Part shown: positions 53,933 to 61,419 of the stretch, piece by piece
Numbering within the stretch: the first letter of the stretch is position 1
How the letters are laid out: every line of letters begins with the position of its first letter
DNA from: a virus
Taxonomy: Duplodnaviria; Caudoviricetes
Strand: one strand, 5' to 3'
IMG/VR virus record: IMGVR_UViG_3300030117_007612
Location: 139,369 to 203,368 of that record
Length of the DNA stretch: 64,000 nt
The notes under the pieces: model-generated
Seen by the model: only the letters and a program-made list of their open reading frames with translations
What the model was told of the DNA's origin: nothing
The model's database searches: none
Program-made: the position numbers and the translations under genes

Positions 53933-54204
53933 AAGTAGGTGATCTGGTCACGTTATCGACATATTCTTTACAAACCGCAGCGATGTGGAAATGGAAGCAA
54001 ATGATATGGAGTGAAAAAAAGAATCTTGTTGGTTTAATTGTTCGTATTGAGGATAATCCATGGAATCGCAAACATACGTCCAAGAATGAAAAGAAATTTT
54101 ATTATGTAAGGTGGATTCAAGATGGCCCCGGTAGTAGATTTGGAAGGACTTACCACGCTACGGACGGCTACTTTCTCAGAAACGACTTAAAGTTTTTCAA
54201 ATGA
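53929..54204 (+). CDS. SH3/KOW-like array protein 9
   Basis: MKVGDLV...GLIV...VRW. Confidence 0.75.
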   Translation: MKVGDLVTLSTYSLQTAAMWKWKQMIWSEKKNLVGLIVRIEDNPWNRKHTSKNEKKFYYVRWIQDGPGSRFGRTYHATDGYFLRNDLKFFK

Positions 54205-54563
54205 AGGATAAAATAAAAATGAATGTGAACGAGTTTTTTAAGGCCGCTGGTGCCTCTCGAAACAGACGGCTGGTGTGTGCTGATGGTTTTGAAATGAGCG
54301 TTCAAGCGCACGATGGAGCATATTGTTCTCCGCGTATTGACAATGCGGAAAAGTATACGCACGTCGAGGTTGGCTTTCCAAGCAAGAGAGAGCCGATATT
54401 GATGGATTGGGCCGAAGAAGCCAACGATCCGACAGGTACAGTGTATGGCTACGTGCCAGTGCAAGCAGTGACGAACGTGATTGCTAAACACGGGGGGATT
54501 GTCGAAGGCCAAGTGCCTCGCGGAGTGGCCCCAATTCCCGCAAACTTTACTGCTGACAAATAG
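54201..54563 (+). CDS. Hypothetical protein
   Basis: 120 aa; SVQA...YC.PR, VEVGFPS, VYGYVP motifs. Confidence 0.7.
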   Translation: MKDKIKMNVNEFFKAAGASRNRRLVCADGFEMSVQAHDGAYCSPRIDNAEKYTHVEVGFPSKREPILMDWAEEANDPTGTVYGYVPVQAVTNVIAKHGGIVEGQVPRGVAPIPANFTADK

Positions 54564-54607
54564 TTGACAACTTGAGGGTTGCAATCTGCAATAGTCAATG
54601 CTATATT
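54553..54607 (+). promoter_or_regulatory. Early promoter module, 11/15 type
   Basis: CTGACA(54553), TTGACA(54564), TTGCAA(54579)-N17-TATATT. Confidence 0.7.
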
Positions 54608-54626
54608 ATAAGAGTAAGGAGAAAAA

Positions 54627-55001
54627 ATGGGTTATCGTTCTGAAGTTATCTTGGCTGTTGGGCCTGAAGTTATGCCACAATTCATGGTTACAATGGCAAG
54701 GTGCCCCGAGGCGCGCCAAATGTGCTGGGGCGAACATGATGAAATGATCAAAGACTATTGCGGTATTAAGGGCGCGTTTCTATTCCGTTGGGATCATATC
54801 AAGTGGTACGACACCTTTGAAGAAGTTCAAGCCATCCAAGATTTTATAAGCTGGTGTGAAGATGAGCAGATTGAAGTTGATGGCAAGGAAGCCGATGCAT
54901 GCAACTATTACCGCTTTGTCCGCATCGGTGAGGAAACCGACGACAACGAGACACAGGGGTGGGGATTTGATATCCATATCGAGAGGTCAGCGACGTATTA
55001 A
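54627..55001 (+). CDS. Hypothetical protein
   Basis: MGYRSEV start, IKWY, FVRIGEE.DD.E; AAGGAG SD. Confidence 0.75.
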   Translation: MGYRSEVILAVGPEVMPQFMVTMARCPEARQMCWGEHDEMIKDYCGIKGAFLFRWDHIKWYDTFEEVQAIQDFISWCEDEQIEVDGKEADACNYYRFVRIGEETDDNETQGWGFDIHIERSATY

Positions 55002-55002
55002 A

Positions 55003-55215
55003 ATGAGTAAAGTTTTCAAAACTGGAGACTTGGTTAGGTTCACTGGTGGTGGTGGTATGTATCCAGCCGGAATGGGCCTGATTGTTAAGCGCGTGTATTC
55101 GCTGTTGCACTATACCTCTTCTCATCCCGAAGAGACGGATCTTTATGAGGTGCTGCTATCCAACGGCCATAAGATTTCAGTTCACAAAATGTACCTTCAA
55201 TTGGCTACTGAGTGA
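55003..55215 (+). CDS. SH3/KOW-like array protein 10
   Basis: FKTGDLV...GLIV...LQLATE. Confidence 0.7.
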   Translation: MSKVFKTGDLVRFTGGGGMYPAGMGLIVKRVYSLLHYTSSHPEETDLYEVLLSNGHKISVHKMYLQLATE

Positions 55216-55218
55216 ATT

Positions 55219-55494
55219 ATGAAAAAGCCACAAATTATACTTGATGATATTAATGATGAAAGGCCAAAATTCAAGGTTGGTGATCTGGTTAAGGCCAAGG
55301 CGGGGGCGATCGGCTCCGCACATGTGCCCCCGGTAAAATCAAATTGGCAGATTGGCCTAATTCTTGAAGTCGATGAATACTCAAGCAGTGAGCCGGGTCG
55401 CCGCTATTTTAAGTGGAGATATTTGGTCGCATGGCCTGATGGAACCAAGGCAAAGTATTCGGCTGGAGCCCTCGTTCCCGTCAACCGTAGATGA
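55219..55494 (+). CDS. SH3/KOW-like array protein 11
   Basis: FKVGDLV...GLI...VAWPDG. Confidence 0.7.
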   Translation: MKKPQIILDDINDERPKFKVGDLVKAKAGAIGSAHVPPVKSNWQIGLILEVDEYSSSEPGRRYFKWRYLVAWPDGTKAKYSAGALVPVNRR

Positions 55495-55545
55495 CATTTT
55501 CCTAACAAATTTATCCTTGATCTCGATAACAAACTCTGTTATATT
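55491..55545 (+). promoter_or_regulatory. Early promoter module, 11/15 type
   Basis: ATGACA(55491), CTAACA(55502), TTGATC(55517)-N17-TATATT. Confidence 0.65.
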
Positions 55546-55567
55546 ATATTTATAAAAGGGGAAAGAA

Positions 55568-56164
55568 ATGAATCGCAACTTTACAACCGAAATTGAAAAG
55601 CTGCAATTAATTGTTGAAGATAATTCATGGGCTCAGGGCTTTCTTGATAGCTTGCATTCTCAAATTAAGAACTCAAGACGTTCTCTTTCAAAAAGACAGA
55701 TTGAGGTTCTCGATAAGATCAAGGGTGAGTATACCGCCGAGGCCATGGCCGCAAAGGCAAGGTGGAATGAGGAATACCAGAACCATCACAAGACAGATGC
55801 GATCGTTGTGGCAACGTATTATGCTCACACGGGCTACTTTAAGCATGCTGCGGACTCTATTTTGAATGATGAGAGCTACGTGCCGCCTCTGAATTTGTTT
55901 AACAAGATGTGCAAAAACAAGTATGCTGTTAAGGTTCTGAGTGCATGGCATGCCCCGCCGAAATATCCTGCGGGCACCGCTGTTATGTCCCGCGCAGGCC
56001 AAAGCTGGGCACTACGTGATGGCGGCGTTGTTATCGGAACAGATGAGCCAATCATCAGCGCATCGAAGGGATGCAAGCGTTATAAGGTTTTGCCTTATGG
56101 GGCTCCCCGCCCAGTTATGTGCGAAGAGAAGTACATTAAACTTTTCCGTAAGAAGATCAAATGA
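55568..56164 (+). CDS. Hypothetical protein with C-terminal SH3-like segment
   Basis: 198 aa; helical N-terminus, KYPAG.AV...GVVI C-terminus. Confidence 0.7.
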   Translation: MNRNFTTEIEKLQLIVEDNSWAQGFLDSLHSQIKNSRRSLSKRQIEVLDKIKGEYTAEAMAAKARWNEEYQNHHKTDAIVVATYYAHTGYFKHAADSILNDESYVPPLNLFNKMCKNKYAVKVLSAWHAPPKYPAGTAVMSRAGQSWALRDGGVVIGTDEPIISASKGCKRYKVLPYGAPRPVMCEEKYIKLFRKKIK

Positions 56165-56523
56165 ATCAGTTTTACTTTGCAAAAGCATCAATTCCCCGAA
56201 GAGTGAAGGGGGCAAAATCATTACGCGAGGCCCTTGGACTATGGGGCACTGATCGCTTGCTACACGTTGCTAATTCGTGCGAATCGGCAGTTGATGATTC
56301 ATATCGGTTTGAATACGGAAGAATTCACAAACGGTATGCGAATTTTTCTTTCCTCATATCGGAAGCAATCGCCCACAATGTGATTGAATACACGGCAGAG
56401 ACTTTGTTGCTTTGGATGAAGGAGGATTTTGACGCCGCCACATCGGGAGCACAAAAAGATGCAGCAGGCATATGTGGCGCAGAACTCGCGCTAATCATTA
56501 AGAATTTTACAGACGCAGCCTGA
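56161..56523 (+). CDS. Hypothetical protein
   Basis: 120 aa, ATGA overlap. Confidence 0.55.
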   Translation: MNQFYFAKASIPRRVKGAKSLREALGLWGTDRLLHVANSCESAVDDSYRFEYGRIHKRYANFSFLISEAIAHNVIEYTAETLLLWMKEDFDAATSGAQKDAAGICGAELALIIKNFTDAA

Positions 56524-56570
56524 TCGCGCGATTTTTTTCGCCAAATTTTTCCTTTTCAGGAGACTAAACC

Positions 56571-56855
56571 ATGAAAATGACAATCGTAATTGATTCCGAG
56601 GACGGGGACGGCATTAAAAATGCGCTTGAGATTGCACGCCTGATGCACGTTAGATATGTTGGTGGTGGGGGATTCAATGGAAACAAAGAATCATTCGGAA
56701 AGATTGAGTTTATCAAGGTGCTCCGCAAATTCATGAAGGAATCTGTGGCACACCTGAAGGATGAAAAAGACGGACAAGTCAAGAGCATTGAAGATTTGGC
56801 AAACCTCCGTAATGCCAAACGATTTGCTGACCGTATCTTTTTGGGGGAGCGATGA
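56571..56855 (+). CDS. Hypothetical protein
   Basis: 94 aa, AGGAG SD. Confidence 0.7.
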   Translation: MKMTIVIDSEDGDGIKNALEIARLMHVRYVGGGGFNGNKESFGKIEFIKVLRKFMKESVAHLKDEKDGQVKSIEDLANLRNAKRFADRIFLGER

Positions 56856-57040
56856 TAAAAATAGGCGATCTGGTGACAATGCCTACCTTTGAAACGGGAC
56901 TCGTCGGCATTGTTGTTGACAAGGAACCGGCGGGCGATGGTTTTATCAAACAACAGATAGGTATACAATGGATTGGAGGATCCGGCAAAGTTGAATGGGA
57001 ACCCGAAGGCTGGATAGAGGTAATTAGTGAAAGTCGGTGA
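56852..57040 (+). CDS. SH3/KOW-like array protein 12
   Basis: MIKIGDLV...GIVV...IQW...IEVISESR. Confidence 0.8.
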   Translation: MIKIGDLVTMPTFETGLVGIVVDKEPAGDGFIKQQIGIQWIGGSGKVEWEPEGWIEVISESR

Positions 57041-57212
57041 TCTTATATCGTTCAAGCCGATTAACTTTGGTCTGGAGGATTGGTCAAATCCGTGTATTGT
57101 TATGAGCGAGTACGAAAGCCCTAACGAAGGGCTGTGGTCTGTTTGGTGCGATGGAGTCTTTTGCGTTATAGATGACACCAACTATGAAATACTGTACTTG
57201 ACAACTTCTTGA
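57027..57212 (+). CDS. SH3/KOW-like array protein 13
   Basis: MKVGDLI...CIV...VWCDG; ends inside a promoter module (LTTS*). Confidence 0.8.
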   Translation: MKVGDLISFKPINFGLEDWSNPCIVMSEYESPNEGLWSVWCDGVFCVIDDTNYEILYLTTS

Positions 57213-57252
57213 CAAGGAAAAACTTGCCGTAACCGCTTCGCGGTGTTATATT
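57198..57252 (+). promoter_or_regulatory. Early promoter module, 11/15 type
   Basis: TTGACA(57198), TTGACA(57209), TTGCCG(57224)-N17-TATATT. Confidence 0.75.
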
Positions 57253-57274
57253 ATATACATAAGAAGGAGAAATC

Positions 57275-57433
57275 ATGAAGGTGGGTGATCTGATCTGGGA
57301 TGAGGCTTATGGATCCGGTATTGTTATTGGCGTCAATGAACGAGGGGCGCAGATTGTTTTTGAAAATAATCGCATGTGCCATCTTGACCACAATCTGTTC
57401 CACACGGTAGAGGTGGTCAGTGAAAGTCGGTGA
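57275..57433 (+). CDS. SH3/KOW-like array protein 14
   Basis: MKVGDLI...GIVI...VEVVSESR (manual translation). Confidence 0.8.
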   Translation: MKVGDLIWDEAYGSGIVIGVNERGAQIVFENNRMCHLDHNLFHTVEVVSESR

Positions 57434-57581
57434 CTTGGTACGCACCAGAGCATTCCACAACTCTGGTGACACGTGGCTTGTGCTCGAAATTTCATCGAAA
57501 GTGCGCGTGCAAAGCGTTGCAACTGGTCGATGCCGCTGGATTGTGGCCTCACTACTGGAGGTGATTAGTGAAAGTGGGTGA
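57420..57581 (+). CDS. SH3/KOW-like array protein 15
   Basis: MKVGDLV...LEVISESG (manual translation). Confidence 0.8.
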   Translation: MKVGDLVRTRAFHNSGDTWLVLEISSKVRVQSVATGRCRWIVASLLEVISESG

Positions 57582-57756
57582 TTTGGTATCATTCCCTAAC
57601 TCTGTCGCAGCGCCACAAACAGGTATTGTTCTGCGAACGGAGCCGGATGGCATCGATCGCGGAACATCGCACATTCGCGTTAAAATCTATTGGTTCGAAG
57701 ATGCAGAGGTATCATGGGAGCCTGTTAAATGGTTGGAGGTTATAAATCCTTCTTGA
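57568..57756 (+). CDS. SH3/KOW-like array protein 16
   Basis: MKVGDLV...GIV...IYW...LEVINPS. Confidence 0.8.
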   Translation: MKVGDLVSFPNSVAAPQTGIVLRTEPDGIDRGTSHIRVKIYWFEDAEVSWEPVKWLEVINPS

Positions 57757-57806
57757 CATTCTCCTGACACAATCCTGATTGACTTTACCTGTGAGAATGT
57801 TATAAT
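57753..57806 (+). promoter_or_regulatory. Early promoter module, 11/15 type
   Basis: TTGACA(57753), CTGACA(57764), TTGACT(57779)-N16-TATAAT. Confidence 0.75.
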
Positions 57807-57826
57807 ATAAGGGTAAGGAGAGAGAT

Positions 57827-57982
57827 ATGAAAGTCGGCAGCTTGGTGCGTGAGACTATGGATGGCAACATTGGGGTCATCTTGGCGTGGGAGAGTGACGG
57901 CTGGCTCGTCAGCTTCCCGAAGCATGGCATGGTTTTCCACATGCTGCCGAAACTCTTGGAGGTGGTTGATGAAGCCCGGTGA
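57827..57982 (+). CDS. SH3/KOW-like array protein 17
   Basis: MKVGSLV...GVI...LEVVDEAR (manual translation). Confidence 0.8.
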   Translation: MKVGSLVRETMDGNIGVILAWESDGWLVSFPKHGMVFHMLPKLLEVVDEAR

Positions 57983-58136
57983 TTTGGTGACATGGCGCGG
58001 GGGCGTGGGAATCCTTCTCAAGCTCATATCTGACGATCCTATTGTCCGTGAAAGATACTGGCTTGTTCAGTGGTCTGATGGGGTTCGCGACACAATCCGC
58101 GAGCGTTTCTTGGAGGTGGCCAATGCAAGTCGGTGA
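57969..58136 (+). CDS. SH3/KOW-like array protein 18
   Basis: MKPGDLV...GIL...VQWSDG...LEVANASR. Confidence 0.8.
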   Translation: MKPGDLVTWRGGVGILLKLISDDPIVRERYWLVQWSDGVRDTIRERFLEVANASR

Positions 58137-58302
58137 TCTGGTAAGGTGTAAGGTAACAAAAGACCCGAATACTGTGGGGGTTGTTGTCGCTATCATCAGC
58201 GAGCCGCGATCAATTACAGGATCGCGTGTGGAAGTTCTGACGAAAGGCAAAACCCATCAGTGGTCGCCAATGCGATTGGAGGTGCTCAGTGCAAGTCGGT
58301 GA
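58123..58302 (+). CDS. SH3/KOW-like array protein 19
   Basis: MQVGDLV...GVVV...LEVLSASR. Confidence 0.8.
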   Translation: MQVGDLVRCKVTKDPNTVGVVVAIISEPRSITGSRVEVLTKGKTHQWSPMRLEVLSASR

Positions 58303-58468
58303 TCTGGTAAAAGTCAGGCGCATGTCTGGACTATACGCGCCTTTGTTTGGTACAATTGTAAAGATCAATGAGTTCGAGGATTATCGCGTGGCTATCGTTA
58401 AACCTTTCTCTGGCCCGATACAGCCCGCGCATTCGAGCGACGTGGAGGTGATAAGTGCAAGTCGGTGA
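58289..58468 (+). CDS. SH3/KOW-like array protein 20
   Basis: MQVGDLV...GTIV...VEVISASR (manual translation). Confidence 0.8.
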   Translation: MQVGDLVKVRRMSGLYAPLFGTIVKINEFEDYRVAIVKPFSGPIQPAHSSDVEVISASR

Positions 58469-58616
58469 TTTAGTTAGAGAGCCGGGTACAAATATCCTTG
58501 GCATCGTTATTGGTGAGGTATTACAAGGCTTTGATCGTTGGTTCATTAAGTGGAATAACGGAGATATGTATTCAATGAATAGTAGGCAGGTGGAATTAGT
58601 CAATGAAAGTAGGTGA
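58455..58616 (+). CDS. SH3/KOW-like array protein 21
   Basis: MQVGDLV...GIVI...IKWNNG...VELVNESR (manual translation). Confidence 0.8.
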   Translation: MQVGDLVREPGTNILGIVIGEVLQGFDRWFIKWNNGDMYSMNSRQVELVNESR

Positions 58617-58758
58617 TATTGTTGTGCAAAAAATGTGGGAAGCTGATGGTGTCGGTATCGTCATAGAGGTATGCGACGACTTTGCTGCCGTCATGTGGCC
58701 CGATGGAAAACTAAATATGTTGTTCAGCGATCTGGAGATTATCAATGCAAGTAGGTGA
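58603..58758 (+). CDS. SH3/KOW-like array protein 22
   Basis: MKVGDIV...GIVI...VMWPDG...LEIINASR (manual translation). Confidence 0.8.
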   Translation: MKVGDIVVQKMWEADGVGIVIEVCDDFAAVMWPDGKLNMLFSDLEIINASR

Positions 58759-58927
58759 TATTGTAAAGCACAAGCATGGTACGCTGCAAGGCTGGGGTGT
58801 TGTACTCAATTTGCGTGATTTGGGTCCATCGAGAGGTTGGGTACGCTCCGCATGGACCGCGCACGGTCAAACAAAGGTGCATGAACTGGCGAGCCACTAT
58901 CTGGAGGTGGTCAGTGAAAGTCGGTGA
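58745..58927 (+). CDS. SH3/KOW-like array protein 23
   Basis: MQVGDIV...GVV...SAW...LEVVSESR. Confidence 0.8.
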   Translation: MQVGDIVKHKHGTLQGWGVVLNLRDLGPSRGWVRSAWTAHGQTKVHELASHYLEVVSESR

Positions 58928-59102
58928 TCTGGTTAAGCATTTTCTGACCGAGCAGATCGGTATTGTGATGACCATTCACAACGCAGATTCAAGCCTTGGA
59001 TCTATTCAAGTGCTGTGGACAACACAGGGCGAATCTCTGTTCGGTCCCGGTCGCAAAGAGTGGTGCTGCAAAAATAGTTTAACGCTCTTGACAATTCCTT
59101 GA
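58914..59102 (+). CDS. SH3/KOW-like array protein 24
   Basis: GTG start; MKVGDLV...GIV...VLW; ends inside a promoter module (LTIP*). Confidence 0.8.
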   Translation: MKVGDLVKHFLTEQIGIVMTIHNADSSLGSIQVLWTTQGESLFGPGRKEWCCKNSLTLLTIP

Positions 59103-59141
59103 CAAAGTTTAACTTGACCTGAGCCGTCAGGTTGTTATATT
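59088..59141 (+). promoter_or_regulatory. Early promoter module, 11/15 type
   Basis: TTGACA(59088), TTGACA(59099), TTGACC(59114)-N16-TATATT. Confidence 0.8.
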
Positions 59142-59166
59142 ATAGGTATAGAAAGGAGAAAAAATT

Positions 59167-60057
59167 ATGTCTTGGTCTGGTACTGTCACTTGCTCGCACT
59201 GCTACAAAACCGGTCACAACAAGCGCAGTTGTCCCACACTCTCCGAGCAGATTAAGGGGCGTTATCATGGTAACGTGCGTGCTGCTGCGACGGAGCGCAG
59301 CAAAGGCAACGAAAACGATGCCAAGTGGTATGAGCAACGTGCTGAAGAATACCGGCAGCAATACATCAAGCGTACCAAGATCGATCTTTTTACCGGTGAG
59401 AAGGTTACCAACAAGGCGGCTAAAGCTGAACGCATGAAGAAAGTGACTTGCGGGTACTGCGGCGATCGCGGACACACGCGCCGTACCTGCCCTGTCGTCA
59501 AGCGCGATAAGCAGGTGTTCATCGAAGAATCCCGCCGCGCACGTGCCGCGGCATTTGAAGCTGCCGCCAATTTGGGTATCGGTGTCGGTTCGATGTTGCC
59601 TATCCGCACGAACGGATGGGGGCCTAATCAGGAGTACGGTACATTCACAAGGCCCCGCTATATCAAGTCTGTGGATTGGGATGCGTGCGATAATCGCCGT
59701 CCTAACTTATACGTCTATCACATCGACGCTCGCAAGTTGGGATTATCCCAGCATGCGCAAGACACAGCACGCGACACGATCGACAATCTTAAAGAGGCTT
59801 TCGGTGAAGCCCGTCAACATGCCCTCGCAGAACAACAGAGGCCCCCGATGGTTTCGCTCATTCCTACTCTTGACCCACCGAAAGGCTGGATGGAACCGAC
59901 TGAGCAGAGCATGAAAGCCAACCTTAAACGCGAGTTTCCGACGACAGGAAACGAGTATGATAAGGCGCGCAACTGGCAGTATAGATACCCTGAAGGCAGC
60001 ACCGTTGAGGTCATCAAGGCTCTCGGACTGCAAGAACACTATGAAAACTTATCTTGA
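59167..60057 (+). CDS. Protein with two CCHC zinc knuckles
   Basis: CSHCYKTGHNKRSC and CGYCGDRGHTRRTC (C-x2-C-x4-H-x4-C). Confidence 0.8.
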   Translation: MSWSGTVTCSHCYKTGHNKRSCPTLSEQIKGRYHGNVRAAATERSKGNENDAKWYEQRAEEYRQQYIKRTKIDLFTGEKVTNKAAKAERMKKVTCGYCGDRGHTRRTCPVVKRDKQVFIEESRRARAAAFEAAANLGIGVGSMLPIRTNGWGPNQEYGTFTRPRYIKSVDWDACDNRRPNLYVYHIDARKLGLSQHAQDTARDTIDNLKEAFGEARQHALAEQQRPPMVSLIPTLDPPKGWMEPTEQSMKANLKREFPTTGNEYDKARNWQYRYPEGSTVEVIKALGLQEHYENLS

Positions 60058-60108
60058 CATTCACTTGACAACTCTCGCCTTGACGGGCGAGGGTAGATCA
60101 GCTATAAT
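60054..60108 (+). promoter_or_regulatory. Early promoter module, 11/15 type
   Basis: TTGACA(60054), TTGACA(60065), TTGACG(60080)-N17-TATAAT. Confidence 0.8.
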
Positions 60109-60156
60109 ATAGAAGTAAGTAAAAGAAGCCAATTGTCATCAGATAATAAAAACCTC

Positions 60157-60211
60157 TTAACATTTACTTGACAAAAGAAACCTTGACCTAAAGACCTTTC
60201 GGTGCTATATT
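60157..60211 (+). promoter_or_regulatory. Early promoter module, 11/15 type (second of a tandem pair)
   Basis: TTAACA(60157), TTGACA(60168), TTGACC(60183)-N17-TATATT. Confidence 0.8.
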
Positions 60212-60255
60212 TATAGTGTAAGGCAAAGAAACAAACCTCTGACGGAGAAAACATC

Positions 60256-61335
60256 ATGGCAGTCGATTTCGCAACATTCCTAAACACAGCACCTCACATC
60301 CTCAACATTGGCCTGCCTGTGCTGCTCCGTGGCCGTCACGGCGTCGGCAAATCGCAAGTGGTCTATCAAATCGCTGCTAGCCGCGATCTTCCGGTTGTTG
60401 AGCGACGGGCATCCCAAATGACAGAGGGCGATCTTCTCGGTTTGCCTGACACGGCAGACACCGAGATCAATGGTCGCAAGGCGACCACTTGGAACGCCCC
60501 TGATTGGCTGGTTGTCGCCTGTACTCAGCCCGTGCTGTTGTTCTTGGATGAGGTTGATCGTGCAACCCCGGAGGTTCGCCAAGGTCTTTTCGAGTTGACC
60601 GACAGCCGCAAGATTAATGGCTGGCACCTTCACGCGGATACGCTTGTCGTTGCTGCTGTGAACGGCGGCGAGCACGGCGCACAATACCAAGTTGGCGAAA
60701 TGGACCCGGCAGAACTCGACCGCTGGACCGTGTTCGATGTAGAGCCGTCAATCGAAGACTGGCTCAAGTGGGCCGATGGCCAAATCTCCAGCATCGTTTG
60801 GGACTTTATTAACCAGAACCATAACCACCTTGAGCATCAGGGCGAGTTTGAGCCTAACAAGGTATACCCTTCTCGCCGCTCTTGGGAGCGATTCGATAAC
60901 ACTGCTGCCCCGGCTGGTGTCTTTGAAGAGGATGGCGATCTGAATCTTCTTTTCAATCTCGCCACCGCTTTCGTTGGCTTTGAGGCAGCGGTAGCACTCA
61001 AGGATTTCGTTGAAAAGTACGAGTGGCAGGTTACAATTGAGGAACTGATTGATGAGGGCAAGATCGAGCGTGTTGCTGACTGGGGTATCAATGACCACTC
61101 GGCCATGATTGAGAAGATGCAGGCGTCAAACATCTTTGCAGATGAACTGACTGACGAGCAGGTTAATAACCTCGCTGCATACTTCGTCATCCTTCCATCC
61201 GAAGTGGCGATGAAGCTGTGGACAGTCGTTGGTGACAGTGACATTGTTGACAACTGCATCAAGCTGCACAAGGCAGAGGTTGATGGGCTCAAGGTGAGCG
61301 ATCATCTGGTGCGGATCTTGGGTGGGGCTGAGTAA
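60256..61335 (+). CDS. MoxR-type AAA+ ATPase
   Basis: Walker A GRHGVGKS, Walker B LFLDEVDR, AAVN, DPAELDRW, PSRRSW. Confidence 0.9.
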   Translation: MAVDFATFLNTAPHILNIGLPVLLRGRHGVGKSQVVYQIAASRDLPVVERRASQMTEGDLLGLPDTADTEINGRKATTWNAPDWLVVACTQPVLLFLDEVDRATPEVRQGLFELTDSRKINGWHLHADTLVVAAVNGGEHGAQYQVGEMDPAELDRWTVFDVEPSIEDWLKWADGQISSIVWDFINQNHNHLEHQGEFEPNKVYPSRRSWERFDNTAAPAGVFEEDGDLNLLFNLATAFVGFEAAVALKDFVEKYEWQVTIEELIDEGKIERVADWGINDHSAMIEKMQASNIFADELTDEQVNNLAAYFVILPSEVAMKLWTVVGDSDIVDNCIKLHKAEVDGLKVSDHLVRILGGAE

Positions 61336-61345
61336 TCAGTCACCC

Positions 61346-61399
61346 TTGACACTTCCTTGACAAACTTTCCATTGACCTTTTCCGCAGAGCGGTTATATT
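61346..61399 (+). promoter_or_regulatory. Early promoter module, 11/15 type
   Basis: TTGACA(61346), TTGACA(61357), TTGACC(61372)-N16-TATATT. Confidence 0.8.
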
Positions 61400-61419
61400 T
61401 ATAGAGTAAGGAGACAGAA

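Larger units (their letters stand above)
52308..58934 (+). repeat. Dispersed/tandem ~31-bp dual-coding junction repeat, 15 copies
   Basis: Approximate consensus GAGGTNNTHARTGMAAGTHGGTGAYYTNGT at 52308, 52453, 52622, 52809, 53296, 57017, 57410, 57558, 57959, 58113, 58279, 58445, 58593, 58735, 58904. Confidence 0.9.

Noticed and set aside
57827-59102. CRISPR array interpretation of the periodic repeat
   Set aside because: Repeats are degenerate and non-palindromic, spacers are 110-140 nt and open reading frames, and no cas gene is in the window.
52158-59102. Integron cassette array or diversity-generating retroelement
   Set aside because: No attC-type inverted core sites, no tyrosine recombinase, no reverse transcriptase and no TR/VR pair differing only at adenines were seen. 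Such genes could still lie outside the window.
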